A stretch of DNA of 62,791 nucleotides, counting the filler, from Ionaspis alba (Eukaryota), in the NCBI GenBank assembly GCA_964255285.1. It is 4 parts of 4 records of this genome, joined end to end, with 100 filler letters (N's around TTAATTAATTAA, not from the genome) between each part and the next. Parts side by side here need not be neighbours in the genome. Positions count along the whole stretch, not along the records: positions 15,785 to 31,411 come from CAXUUL010000368.1; positions 31,512 to 47,111 come from CAXUUL010000369.1; 2 more parts are not named here. One strand, 5' to 3'. A model generated the notes under the pieces. It was not told the origin of the DNA. It saw only the letters and a list, made by a program, of their open reading frames with translations, and ran no database searches. A program made the translations under genes and the position numbers. Of the stretch, positions 24,624 through 37,822 are shown in pieces; the first letter of the stretch is position 1; each line of letters begins with the position of its first letter.

Positions 24624-26224
24624 AACTTCTCATCCAGATACGGATACCGTGCTTCACGACCCCAGTGCGCGATGACGCGATCGTCGCGGCCGAGATTGCG
24701 CTTTCCCAGACGCGAGAAATCGAGCTCCAGCTCATCTAGCAGACCGTTGTAGCCTCTGCGCGTGTAAGCGGTTGCATGACGGGTGTAACCCCCGAAGAGC
24801 TCGTCAGCGCCTAGGCCAGAGAAGAGGACACGAGCGGGCGTGGTGTATGGTTTCTGCGCACCGCTGTCGGGATCGTAGATGGTACCCCGGCCGCGGCTGG
24901 CGAAGTAGAGGGCGCAGGCTATCGAGAAGTCCATTTCAGTTGCATGGGGATGCATTAGAGATATTATCTTGGAGCGGTGAGCACAGGTTTCGATGTAAGG
25001 GATGTTTATGCTGACGAAACGCCAGGTGCGGGAGGGGCAGATGCGGAAGAGTTCGCAGTGGGAGGAGAGGCCTGTGACGCGGTCTGGACAAGTGCTGTAG
25101 GCTGAGAGGTTATCGGCGCCGTCAAGTCTCACGTTGGCTGCGGCCACGACACGAGGATTTTCGAAGGCGACGTTGAGGAGGTCGATCGCTTGGTCGTGGG
25201 GAATGATCTCGTGAATGAGTCGGGCTAGTAGGGTGCAGTCGAGACCGCCCGAGAAGAGAATGGCAAGGCGCGTGCGTCCAGGAATCGTGAGTGGTGGGAT
25301 GGGGATATTGTTTGTACGGAGATAAAGAGAGTCGTGAAGCTCATGCTGTAACTCGGAAACAGCCCTAGATTCATGGTCAAGGCGGAGCAGAATTGTTGAA
25401 GGAACAGTTCGGTTGATGGTTGGGAAAAATCCGCTTGGTTGCTTCAGATCAGGAGTCCCAGCCCCGGCCTTCAAGAACGAAAATGGCGACCCAATATCAC
25501 AACTCATGTTTGACCACGAAAAGAAAATGGTCTTCATATTTCCAACCAATTTGTGGGCAAGGGTGACATCATTAAGCTCTGATGATGGTTCAGGTGATGC
25601 GAGGTCAAGCATATAAATCCCGTCAGCTTCAACTTCGTCCCATGTTTCTCCAGGGGCATCACCCGAAACACTAGAAATAACGATTCTTTCATCCAAATCC
25701 TTTTTCATGAGCAAAGACCGCCTTCCTAAAGGATCACGGCCGTAGAAGATACGTTGGAATATGGCATCGTAAAAAACGAAAGAGAATGGCCCAGATAATG
25801 AGCGAAAAAAAGTCTTCAAGGCAGACAGTGATGATTCACGTTCTTTGCTATCGGCAGCACCACCGAAACTAGACATACTTGTGGGGCTGAGTAGCATGCG
25901 AAAAACAGCTTGAGCATCATTTCCGTTGATACGCTCGTCACCAATTTTCCACGCTTCTCCGTTCCAGCAGAGCAAGGACCCAGACGCTTTATCAATAAGA
26001 GGCTGTTCGACAACCCCATCCCCACGTAGTGCAAGCACTGTGGAAACGAAAACTAAGTGAAGCTTTTCAAGGGTCGAATGTGCGCCAGATGTGGTTCTAT
26101 AACGAGAGACAGCTCGCTCAATGATACTGAGGCTGTCTGGGCCTCGCACTCGAAGATTCCGGAGCAGTTCGCCGCTTGGGAGCTCAGACGTAGAAGGAGA
26201 ACAAGAAAAGAATATACCACACAT
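24624..26224 (-). CDS. Asparagine synthetase domain-containing protein (ASNSD1/YML096W-like); C-terminus falls in gap
   Basis: Ntn N-terminus MCGIF, RGPD, LCWNGE, RDPLGRRSLL, LFSGGLDC, GLGADELFGGY and RNLGRDDR are present. Confidence 0.92.
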
Positions 26225-26742
26225 AGCGAATTCTTGCCAGGCCAGCCACAGTCAGCATCAAGAGAAACCGTTGGTACGAAACGAGATTGATACTAGCGCT
26301 CTTACAAAATGCATAGATAACATTGCTGCTACCTCAAAGAGCCCTGCGTTGAATCAATTGAGCCATTTTGCTTTGCATTGATCACGATGTATCCACACCA
26401 GGGGCTGTTGGAGTAGAAGGGGACCACGCTGGCTCAATCTTCAAGTGACCCAACTGCTGTGCCCGGGGCTTCTCCGGCGGGGAGGCCTCTGGAGCCGCTA
26501 AGCTTTTGGCGGAATGACCTCCGAAAGCTGGAAAGCTTGGTCCTGCGTTGTCGATTATCGTGACAGACCTATGCAGCAAGTTTCAAGATTTCCAACCACG
26601 CTTTCGACGAGTGTCAACATATATCAAGCAACAAGTCCATAAATCTGTCTTGCCTATTTTATAGAGGCTTCGTTACATCTTGCAACAACTGGTGTTCTAC
26701 CTGCCTCCACATCCTTGTTATAACACATGTGTCTACCAGCTT

Positions 26743-29491
26743 ATGTCTCTCCCGGACCAGACTGTTTCACTAGTCGAGAATGCTACACCTTTCAAGCTCG
26801 GACAGTCTACCACGGACTTGGGAGAGAAGAATGAGAACACTCAGGAGGAGCAAAAGAACAACGAGGTATTCAAGGAGGTCGAGCAGCACAATGGTACGAT
26901 AATCGATAGAGCCAGTCACTCTCCTCAAGACTATGGCGATCTGTCCTTCCCCACGGCTACCAGACGAGAAGGAAGTTCAGGCGAGGACGTGGCGAAGAGA
27001 TCACGTCAGTCACACGACAACGAGGATCTGGAGAACCACTTGGTGGCGATGGACCTTTCGAACTCTTCCGCTGCGACGAATTCCTCAAATGAAGCCAACC
27101 TTCCTCCTACAGCTCATGCGAAGGAGACCCGCTTGAGTATTCTTGACGAGCCCAACTCCGAAGAAGTGCCATTCGAGATTAAACCGTTGCCTACTTTACC
27201 AGGCGAACCTCATCCCGATTCCCCAGCTGCCACGAAATACCCCTCACTAATCGACACTGATGATAACGATCCGCGCCCTTCTTTGGGGAAGTCCTCAGAG
27301 GGCGACCACAATATGGAGAACCGAAACATGGAGGCCAAAGAGGACGACACGGACTCGAAGTCTGAGATACAAAGCATAATGGATCAATTTGGTGAAGAGG
27401 AATATGTATCAGATGGACCAGACATGTCTTCGCCCAATCAGCGGACTGAGTCACCACTCCTCAAGAGCCCCTTGCAACATCCACCGAGGAAATCGAGCTT
27501 GGAGCCTTTGCGCTCTGTCAGCCCCCAACCTCACTCAAGCAACATTGGTGGAGTTACCGGGGCTCCAATATCGAATGATATCCAAACATCAAAACCATCG
27601 GAAAGGCCACGGAATGATAGTCTCCATAAGGCATCCTCCATACGCAGCCTGAGCTACTCGCATTCAGGACGGTACGAAGTGGCGGATTCAAATGCGCCAA
27701 CATCTCCCATGTCTCCAGGATTATTGAACAAGTCTTTGCCACCAGCTCCAGACCCAGAGCCTGACTTGCCCTTTGACTTCCACCGTTTCCTTGACCAGCT
27801 GCGTCACCGAACGGCAGATCCGGTGGCGAAATTTCTACGATCATTTTTGGTCGAATTTGGCAAGAAGCAATGGATGGTTCATGAACAGGTGAAAATAATC
27901 AGTGATTTTCTTTCTTTTATCACCACCAAGATGGCTCAATGCGAGGTTTGGCGGGAGGTCTCAGATGCGGAGTTTGATAATGCTAAGGAAGGGATGGAGA
28001 AGCTGGTGATGAACCGACTATATTCTCAGACATTCTCGCCCGCAATCCCACCGCCAGTGCCAGTAGCGGCAGCGAAAGGGAAGCGGAAAGCAGTGGAAAA
28101 GACAGTTGGGCCTGGGAGACGAGGACAGCACCAGGAAGATATAGAACGGGATGAAATTTTGGCTCAAAAGGTCCGCATATATGGTTGGGTCCAAGAAGAG
28201 CATTTGGACATACCCCCTGTTGGCGAGAGTGGGAAACGTTTTCTAGTCTTGGCTCAACAAGGTATCATGAGCACCACTATACTTGCGGGGAAATACGCTT
28301 ACAAAATTCTAGAGATCCTCAAGATGAGGACCTATCGTGCTCCGCGAGATAAGATCATATGTGTCCTGAATTGTTGCAAAGTCATTTTCGGTGAGTTATT
28401 CTCAGCTCTTACTGGAGATATGAGCATACTAATAGTCTAGGTTTGTTGCGGAACGCGAAGAATGCCGACACATCTGCAGACTCATTTGTACCACTTCTAA
28501 TTTACGTGGTCTTGAAAGCGAACCCAGAGCATCTTGTTTCCAATGTACAGTACATCTTACGATTTCGTAACCAGGATAAGCTCAGCGGAGAAGCTGGATA
28601 CTACCTCTCTTCCTTGGTATGATCTTTCCCTGCTAAATTCTTGGTCAGAAGAATCTTACTGTATTAGATGGGAGCCATCCAATTCATTGAGAATATCGAC
28701 CGTACAGCCTTGACCATATCTGACGACGACTTTGAGAAGAATGTGGAGGCTGCGGTGTCGGCCATTGCAGAACGAGAAAAGGAGGATCGCGCTCCTCTTT
28801 CAGCAAATTCGCAGCTATCAGAGAAATCTGAACCGAGCAGGCCAGAAGTCACGCCTCGGAACTCGATGGAAGCCGAACGCTTCACTGTACGTCGGCCCCC
28901 TGAAAAGCCAGATATTGGTGGTTCAGAAGAGGAAGGAGCCGCTGTCTCGGGCCTGCTGCGCTCGATACAGCGACCTCTGTCGAGTATTGGCCGGATTTTC
29001 TCTGAAGATCTCATGTCTCCTTCGTACCCTGGAAATGTTAGAGCTCAAGAAGTTTCTGCACACCCACCAGAAACACCACGGCGACTATCTCCGGCCGTGT
29101 TTCAGCCGCCGAGGAATAGCAGCGAAGGTCAGCGGTCGAGTGAAGATCAAAGACCTGCTCGAAGTCCGCGACTCAGTGCCGAAGATGCTGCAGCTCGTCA
29201 AGCTAGTGCGGAAGCGGCGGAAGCTCAAAGAATCCATAGGGCGGAACACAAAGATATTGTTGAGTACGATATATACTCCTTTCATGCTCTGGAAATCCCT
29301 GCTAACCAAGCTTTGATAGTACCCTTGCAGGCATGTTTCCCGATCTTGGTAGAGATGTGATTGATGATGTTGTACGAATGAAGGAGGGACGGTGAGTTCC
29401 CAACTGCTGTAAATTTGCTACAGAGCGATGCTAATCTTTCACTGCTAGGGTCGGCCTGGCTGTCGATGCTTGTCTTGCATTGAATACATGA
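26743..29491 (+). CDS. VPS9: Vps9-domain Rab5 GEF with C-terminal CUE domain
   Basis: Motifs FDFHRFLDQLRHRTADPVAKFLRSF, EGMEKLVMNRLY, YRAPRDKIICVLNCCKVIF, SADSFVPLLIY and GEAGYYLSSL are present. The CUE-like end reads LAGMFPDL..DVIDDVV..G|RVGLAVDACLAL. The start codon is uncertain. Confidence 0.92.
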
Positions 29492-30099
29492 ACGAAATAT
29501 GGTAACTCAAATTGCTCTACCGTGCAGCACGACTCCTTTACGCTTGATAACGTTCCTGCGGTGGATGTTTGGTTGAAACTGCACCATAACTAATCTATAA
29601 CGGTTGATGTATCATGGTATGCATTGGTGGAGTCGTTTATCTCCAAGTATAGAAACTCGACCATCTTCTATAATGGAGCCCAATAATGTTCACATATCAC
29701 GCAGTCGATACGGTGGTGTTTCGTTTCCGGATGAAAGAAGGAGTCGTGGAAGCATGAACCTACATGACAACTGTAGAAGTCGAAGCATCTCTCAACGCAT
29801 CTGGTACATTAAGTCTGCATAACACTGTCGAGCTTCGCAACAAAATTCAGTTGAGTCTATGTCATCAATGGCGATGAGGTTCAAGATCGCGCTTTCTTTC
29901 ACTCGGGCGACAACCAAAATGCATGGGAGGAAGGTCAAAGGCACTCTTTCTTCCTAGACGAACATCTTCTTGACCGTCTGCATCAAAAACCACTAATTTG
30001 AAATATCCCTATCTCTTCCTCGAGCAATAGATCATGGATCAGACAGAAGAAGCATTTGGTGTTGCTCGTGGAACAGGCTGCCGATTGCCTAGGAGAAGG

Positions 30100-31411
30100 A
30101 TGAGCGACTTCTACTCTCGGCTTGTGCTCCTTGTGGTTATTATTGCTGGTGGTTTGGCGTTGCTGAGCATGGTGGCTAGCCAGATGTATCGAGGTGCGGA
30201 AGATTGGTGATTCTGTTTCAGCAACAACGCATGCTAACGCTCTTAGGGCATTTATCCAACATCGCCAGCGTAGTATCAGACCGGTATTCATTCGATGTGA
30301 CGTTCGTTCCCATCCGTGCCCGACACCTCTACCATGAACCTTTCAACGTTCGACTTCTTTGGGGATCAACAGAAGGACACCACACAATACTAAAGCGCCG
30401 CAACTCCACTTCCACGCGCAAGCATAAGAGTACATATGAAGTGTGCTTGCAAGATACTTGCAACAAAGACCTCAGTTTCTGCACCGACGAAGAGAACCAT
30501 ATGTCGAACGAGGAGACTATGACCTGCAAGATGTGTTATCCGGAAAAGGATGTTTACAAAGTCGACGAGCACTGCAAACAAAAAGACAGTTCAGAATGGA
30601 CTGCTTTTTACACAGTATGCGGTCTGTTCTTTGCAGTACTACTCATAAGTAGCTGCGCCCTCTCGTGCAAGCACGTCCGCCGTGCTCGGCAACGCAGGGC
30701 CAACCGCAAGTCTGAAGCTCCCCCTCTGGTGATTCCACTCCGGCGTGAATCCTATCTTCCCAACATGACTGAAATACCAGAGGAAGAGATCACTCAGATA
30801 GCACTGGACAATAACAAGCCATGGTACTCACGCATGTGGTCCAAAAACTCCAAGAAGGAAAGAACGATATCCGAGAAACCACCTGCAGAAACAGACACTT
30901 CCGAACACAAACGCTGGTACCGTGCCATGTTGCCCAAAGGTCGCCGCTCCCCAGGTCACTCAACCGCCGAACGTGGTCTCAGCCCGACCAAAGTCCGCAC
31001 ACGGGAGTCAATCGCTCAACCCGAATCAGGGATGCTCTGCATCTCCGCTCTGTCCATTGAACGCCGTGTCAGCATACCCAACCGTCCACCCCTGGAACCT
31101 CTTCACCCCAATGAATCCGGCTCCTTCTTCGAGCGTCCCAGCCGCGAGTTTCGTGGAGGCGAGAACGACTCCACCTCTATGCTCGGTCGTACAGCCAGTC
31201 TCCAACGTCGTGGACAGATTGATCGCATCGGCAGTGAGGATGACTCGATCTTCTCGGTCGATAGACCAGTCACTGGTAATGCGCGGCCGCGTTTCGATAG
31301 CCGCGTTAGTGTCAGTGAATCGGTCAATACTCTGGAACGTGCTGCGCTGGGACGACGCCCGTCAAGGGTCGTTAGCTCGGGCGTGGAGGCTAGGGGACCG
31401 GGGGATGTGAG
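30100..31411 (+). CDS. Hypothetical membrane protein: N-terminal hydrophobic segment, Cys-rich loop, second TM and basic/Ser-rich tail; truncated at scaffold end
   Basis: Exon 1 MSDFYSRLVLLVVIIAGGLALLSMVASQMYR, an intron at ~30195-30247 (gtgcgg..ctaac..tag), then 6 Cys, TM WTAFYTVCGLFFAVLLISSCALSC and a stop-transfer KHVRRARQRR. Confidence 0.65.
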
Positions 31412-31511
31412 NNNNNNNNNNNNNNNNNNNNNNNNNNNNNNNNNNNNNNNNNNNNTTAATTAATTAANNNNNNNNNNNNNNNNNNNNNNNNNNNNNNNNN
31501 NNNNNNNNNNN
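31412..31511. other. Artificial scaffold-joining spacer
   Basis: N44-TTAATTAATTAA-N44. Confidence 0.97.
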
Positions 31512-31912
31512 GAGGTCATTGTGAAGGTGAGTGAATGCTTGTTATCATTCAACACTTACCTGTGCACGGAGTCAGTCTTGAGCAGTGAATGTGGAGGGGA
31601 AGTGCAGAGATCCCTGCAGTGGTGTGAATGAAGCTTGCCAGTGCGTCTACTTAAAGGCGGATTTCTTACACGAACTTCCTTTCTTCCTTTCATCTCAACC
31701 TCTACAATTTTCTCTTACACAGTGTTAGCTTTCATCAAGATTACACTTGCTTACCTCTGCTTCTCGCTGCTTCTGCTAGACTTGCTCCCTCGCGCACCGA
31801 GAGGAGCCGTTGCTTTTGCTCACTTGCACCGACACCGTGCACACTCGTAAGTGTCCGAGAATTTGTGGAAGTTTCGAGAATCATTGCTCACCAAATTTCT
31901 CCAACAGCAGCA

Positions 31913-33561
31913 ATGTCTTCGAACAAGAAGACCGGCGGCAAGACGGTGCTGCCGTGGAGAAGCGCCCATGGGGGCCCATCCGGAACAAGGCGCCAAGAGG
32001 TAAGCTAAACCCAACCCTTAGCAGTGTTGTCTTCTCGCTTAGCACCACATTCTACTTGCAACCATTTACTAACATCGCGCTGCTCACAAAGACGCCACCA
32101 CAACAAGCATCACCAAAGCCAGCAGAGAAGATGAACTCACAAGGGCTAACTATATATGACCAGGAGAGGGAGGAGGTGGCGGGGCTTCGCCTCCAGTTGG
32201 AGGCAAGCCGGGAGGAAGTGGAGGAGGGGAAGAGGAACCTGGCGGCGTGCGAGGAATCGTACGTCATAAGCCAGCGGGAGGTGCGCCGCCTGGAGGGCGT
32301 TGTGAAGGAGCGGGAGACGGAGATTGCGGCCCTCGAGGTCCGGGTGGCAAAGATGGACAAGACCATCAAGGTCCAGAGCGAGACCATTGCCTCCAATCCG
32401 TCTCCCCTCCGACGCACGCCACAACACCAGGTGGACACAGCCCGTGCGGCTGCAATGACGGCCGGTGGCCCACCACCGGCATTTAATCCTCGTCGCCACC
32501 AGGCGTCCTCTTCCTTCGCGGCGCCGGCTCTGCCCCGACAGGCGTCGTCGTTCGTCCCGTCGGCTGCTGAGCCAGTGTCGACTTCTTCTGCTCCGGCGCC
32601 GCGCAGAGCGGCAGTCAATCCGTTTGCTGATCCGCCGGTGAGAGCAGGCGTGCACATGGGCTTGGCTGGCAAGAAGTGGGAGAACGTCGTTCCACACGGC
32701 GTTCATTCTCGCGGATTGCCAGCTCCTGCTCCGAAGCCTGGCTCGGCTGAGATGAGCAGCTCGCTCGTGGTGATGGACGCGGATAGGAACGGGTTCAAGT
32801 TTGGTGATGAGCTCGACCACCTCTTCAAGACGACGAAGGAATGGGTGAGGAGCTTTGCGAACGTACCAACATCTAATGACAGCAAGCTTCCTCGCCATCT
32901 CTTCAAGCACCTCGGCAGTTTCTGCCATGAGACGATGGTCCTAAGTCTTCTGAGCGCAGGCTCAACACGTCACCAGCTGATCTGTCGATACCTCGTCTCC
33001 TTCTTCACGTCTGAAGTATTGACAGTGAACCTGGTCCGCACCTATGACGCCCCGAAAGAGCAGTTCGAAATCTCAGCAGCTCTCGACAAGATCCAGCCTG
33101 GCTTATCCAACAACGACTTACGCACCTACCACCAAGTGCGTTCTGATGCCGTCCTTGCGATCATGAGCATGCCGGGCTACGAGAACTGGATCACGTCGAA
33201 AGCTCAGCGCTCAGCCAAAGCCATGATGCAGAACCTCGCTCCTCTTCTCGCGCCCGGAGCTGACAGAGCTGAAGCGGAACTTGGGTATATCTGGGAAGAA
33301 GCCTTCAAACTTGGTGTGAAGATGTACAGCGTCCCATGCACCTACAAGTGGGATTACGTGAAGCACGGTCAAAACGCGTTTTTCAATCCTTCCACCATGG
33401 TGAACCAGGACGTCAATATACAGGGAACACCGAAGGACATCAGGAACGCACAGTGGCGAGTTCGTTGCTGCATCACGCCTGTCGCAGTAATGACCGACAT
33501 GATGAAGCCGACTCTTGCACCGATGACGGTGAGGTTGGCGGAGGTACTGCTGTGCAAATGA
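31913..33561 (+). CDS. Hypothetical protein with coiled-coil, Ala/Pro linker and a globular C-terminal domain
   Basis: Long open frame with GC-biased third positions. The probable start is MSSNKK at 31913, with an intron at ~32000-32090 (gtaagc..ctaac..aag) and a 5' UTR intron beginning gtaagt at ~31847. A heptad segment EEVAGLRLQLEASREEV...LEVRVAKMDK is present. Confidence 0.75.
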
Positions 33562-33752
33562 TCCAACGCAGAAGTTCTCGTCTAACTCATTCGATCGTGT
33601 TGCTGGTTCTTCCTCGCTTGTCTCGTCATACGCATCTTCGACTTCGCCATTCTTCCCATTCCTCTTGTGTGCAGAGCTCAGCTAGCTGTGTCACGGACTT
33701 CCTCATCTCTATCAACATCTCCACCCTTTACATTGAGTGCTTCTTCTTATTA

Positions 33753-34376
33753 GTCATGTCACAGACTCTTCTAACTTCCATCGACTCCAGCGATCTTTCC
33801 AGCATGAGGAAAGGCCATGGTTTGGGTCATGTCATAGACCGTTCGACTCTACTTACGATACATTCCGGCAATCTTTCCAGCATAGAGAAAGGCCATAAAC
33901 CACGCGAAGTCACAGATATCTCTCCCATCTCTACCCGCGCCGGCGATCCTTCCAACATAGCGAAGGGCCATGGAACTCAGTCGTGTCACAGACTCCTCTC
34001 CCCTCACCTTATCAATGCCCGGTGATTCTTCCAGCATAGCGAAGGATCATGGACCACACGTCAACCACAGACATCTCTCCTCACTCATCAATGCCGGCGA
34101 CCCTTCCGCGATAGCGAAGGGCCATGGACCCAGTCATGTAACAGACTTCTTCGTCTCTCCTCACCACTTCCGGCGATCTTTCTGACATCAGGAAAGGCCA
34201 TGGACACCAAGTCAGGTCACAGACTCCCCTCCCACCTCCCCGACTCCGGCGATATTTCCCAGCATCAGGAAGGGCCATGGAACTCAGTCATGTCATAGAC
34301 TTCATTCTCTCACCTCCAGTCTCCGGCGATCTTCCCAGCATCGAGGAAGACCATGGAATCCGGTCATGTCACAGAC
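33753..34376. repeat. Degenerate tandem array, ~8 units, period ~75-78 bp (conserved ~53-bp block plus variable pyrimidine-rich linker)
   Basis: The by-eye consensus ccggcgatcttcccagcatagcgaagggccatggaactcagtcatgtcacagac recurs, with the ggccatgg core near 33813, 33891, 33966, 34044, 34119, 34196, 34272 and 34349. Confidence 0.9.
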
Positions 34377-35205
34377 CTTCCGACTTTGCGCACGATTATC
34401 GGTTGTCGGTTTCCACTCTCAATCATCAACTTCAGTTTCTCGGTGGCTTTCTCGAGTTTCTCTCTACTTTTCTCTGCTTCTAAAACCATGGAATCTTTGG
34501 TTGAGCAAAACGATCTGCGATGGTTTGCGGCGGTTACATACCTTCTGTGTTGGCGCGATGGACGGCGGGTGCGTGTGCGGTTACTTGGCGGGTTGGACCG
34601 GAAGGAAATGGATTGAAAAGTTTGTGCTTTCTCCTCTGCTAATCAGAGCTTTGTGATTGCGTGCTGGGCAGGATAGGAAGGGACGGCACGGGATGAAAAG
34701 TTTGTGTTTTCTTTTCTCTACGGATGAAAGCTCTGCGGTTGTGGGTTTCAGCTCTGGTAGACAGGGTTCTGAATGAAAATTCTGTGCTTCTTCTCTCCAC
34801 ATGTTAGACCTGTGTAGTGTGAACTATGTGACTGTAATTGCTATGTGCGTAGATGCAACTCAGTGATGCCCTTGGCGAGTGAACTACCTTAATGTCCACC
34901 ATCATTTCTCGACAATGTCCATCTCACCACGGCCACCAGTACAGTACACTCCATGCTGACGTCGGATGCGGAAGACCGTCATCATGTTTGACTGACCTAT
35001 CGAGGCAGTTGCCAATTACGGATGGTCAAACACTAAGTGGCAAGAGAAATTATCTCCTGCAGTGATACTATAGTTTGGCGCTGACTGAGAATTCAATTGC
35101 GAAGGTCGTCTCTTTCTACCAAGACCTATCCATCCATCCACCACTGCATCCCAAGCTCTATTCAATACGCTTTCTCCCCTTCCAGCCTCCTCCACATGAA
35201 CCCCT

Positions 35206-37480
35206 CTACAAGTCCTCCTGATTCTCCATACTAATAAAATACTTATTCGTCTCCGTATCCCTCGTCANNNNNNNNNNNNNNNNNNNNNNNNNNNNNNNNN
35301 NNNNNNNNNNNNNNNNNNNNNNNNNNNNNNNNNNNNNNNNNNNNNNNNNNNNNNNNNNNNNNNNNNNTCCTCCTGATTCTCCATACTAATAAAATACTTA
35401 TTCGTCTCCGTATCCCTCGTCAAATTCGTCTGTACCGTCTTCCCGACCTTCAGCGCTCCATTCTCAACCGACTGAAACGGTCTCTTGAGCGCATTTGCGC
35501 CGCTCAGAATCGTGAAATTCGCAATACTGATTTCGTTCGGGTTCCTGTTCACAATCGTGGGCATCCCGAAGAACTCCGCCTCGGCCTTGTCGTGGCCGAC
35601 GCGTAGCTCGTAGTAGCCCCGGTAGTAGACCTCGGACCATTGCAATTCGCGGTTGGCGCCTACGAGGGCCCGGGAGGCGTTGTTGGCTTTGGCGAGGGTG
35701 ATGTTTTGACCGTAGGGGGATTGGGAGGAGACGGCTGTGCCGGCGAGCTCTGCGAGGGGAGTTAGTATGGAGTAGAGATTCGGAGGGAAAGGGGGCAAGG
35801 GGGATGAAACTCACCGACTCCAATGGAACCTTTTCCTGTGGCGGGGTCGTAGGGGTGGTTGTCGAGCCAAACAAGGTCGCTGACCCAGTTAGCGTGGGAG
35901 TCGCCGGAGATGACAATGTTGTTGCCGATGTTGTGGTCGTAGAGGGTTTGGAAGGTGCGATTGCGGTTGGCTTGATATCCTGGAGTTCGATGTCAGATAG
36001 TTTGCCATAAAAAGCGTATGGTAGGGAAAGACATACCATCCCACGCGTCATAGTCCAGGGGATTGACGTTGCCATATGAGATCGATTCGTTGACGCGCGA
36101 GAAGACAGTTTGGCTACCGATGACACGCCAAGCGGCCTTTCGCTGAGCGGACGAGATCAGGGAATTGTAAAACCAGTTCTCCTGACGGCTGCCCATCATC
36201 GTCCGTGATGCGTCATTCGAGATCTGATGGATGTAGTCGGTGTTGTAATATAGATCGGTGATACTTCGGTCGTACTGACGGGTATCAAGCATCATCAAGT
36301 CCATCAGCGAGCCAATTGAGAAACTTCTCCAGATCCGTAGGTTGTCGTCCATCTCGACTTGGCGAATAGGCATCCACTCGAAGTATGCACGCACTGCGTT
36401 CATTTTGCGTTGGTCAACACTAACTCCACCATCTTTGATAAAAGAGGCCTCGGTATTGTTGAGATCGGCCTCTCCATCTCTGTACGTATTGTCGGCAACT
36501 TCATGGTCATCCCATACAGGTATCCAGGGGAAATTTTGATGGCTCAAAACAAGATCCTTGTCAGTACGGTAGGTAGCATGCCTCTTGCGGTAGTCGTAAA
36601 GAGTATAGATAGTGCGATCTGGAAGAGGGATTCTCTGTATAGTCTGTCCATATCCATAATCACCGTTCTAGATCCGAGCAAATCAGCTTTCAAGCTCCTC
36701 ACTTGAAGAATACACCATGACGTACCTTGTACTCGTAGATATAGTCACCAAGATGAATGACATAGTCGACAGAGTCCTTGCGAACCGGGTTTCCGTATGC
36801 ATTGAAGTACCCAAACGGATAATTGCTGCACGAATAAATGGCAAGCTTAATCGTTGATACCATATCATTGGGTGCCGGAGTGGTTTTTGTTCGACCAAGA
36901 GGGCTCTTCTTGTCGGAACCGCAGACAGTGAATTGATAATAGTATTGCGTGTACGGCTTCAGCTTGTGCGCCTCGATCTATAGAACAGTAAGTAGACTAT
37001 AATGTTGAGGCATTTCCAGATGCAATGTACCTTCATTGTATAGTCGATATCGGAGCTGGTGTATGCTTTGCCAGAATCGGCCACCTTCTTCATGTCCTTG
37101 TCTGAGGCGACCTTGTACTCGAGGCAAACCGGTGAAGTGGAAGGCGGAAGGTGCTCGTCCGTGTCGTTGTGAATTGGAACTGGATTGAACAATGGTTTGT
37201 ACCCACTAACCGTGCTATTGTCATCGACATCGTCGAACATGGGAGCGCATCTTGTCCATATGATAACAGAATTGGGATAAGGATCTCCTGATGCTACTCC
37301 ATGGGTGAAATTGAGCTTCGCTGCAGCAATTGGAGCTGAACCTCCATTGCGCTTGTGCACCTTTGGGATGGAGATACCAAGTCCTGGATGGTTGTGAGAA
37401 GGACTTCTGTAATTGATGTTTCCTCCCCAAGACGCAGCAGCAGTGCTCGCAAGAGCGAGAAGAGTCAAGAGATTCCGCAT
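35206..37480 (-). CDS. phoD: Secreted PhoD-family alkaline phosphatase / phosphodiesterase
   Basis: Signal peptide, FTHGVASGDP, HLGDYIYEY, PWIPVWDDHEVADN, MLDTRQY and DAWDG|Y are present. The C-terminus ...SMENQEDL* is recovered across the false gap. About three introns. Confidence 0.93.
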
Positions 37481-37822
37481 TTTCGAGTCTTCCCTTGGAG
37501 TCTTTGTTTTCGCACACCGGACGGGAACTCAAGTGAGGATTCTTCCATCATATATGCTAAGTCGAGTAGTTCGAGCAGGTACATCCCACCTTCAACACGC
37601 TAACGACTCTCTTTTTTCTTCTGTGAGAGCTGCCACAAGCCAGAAAAACCTGTCGTCATAGTTGATTCTAGCCAATGCGCGTTGCATGATCTGGCATGCG
37701 GAGGTAGCTCTTGCATGTTCCCTCTCCGCCGTAGCAGATTGCTTGATTGTCTATTCCACGCTGGTTGTAGTCAACTTCCCCATTCGACAATGGGTCGATG
37801 GAGGAACAACGGTTGTTCCCAG

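Noticed and set aside
32052..32928. Long antisense ORFs (32052-32672, 32146-32928) and similar ones opposite other genes (e.g. 14526-15059, 49702-50280 in an alternate frame)
   Set aside because: These are shadow ORFs caused by GC-rich codon bias of the real gene and have no protein-like features.
33753..34376. CRISPR array call for the repeat/spacer-like array
   Set aside because: The context is eukaryotic with no cas genes. The repeats are too long and degenerate, and the linkers are low-complexity and compositionally alike.
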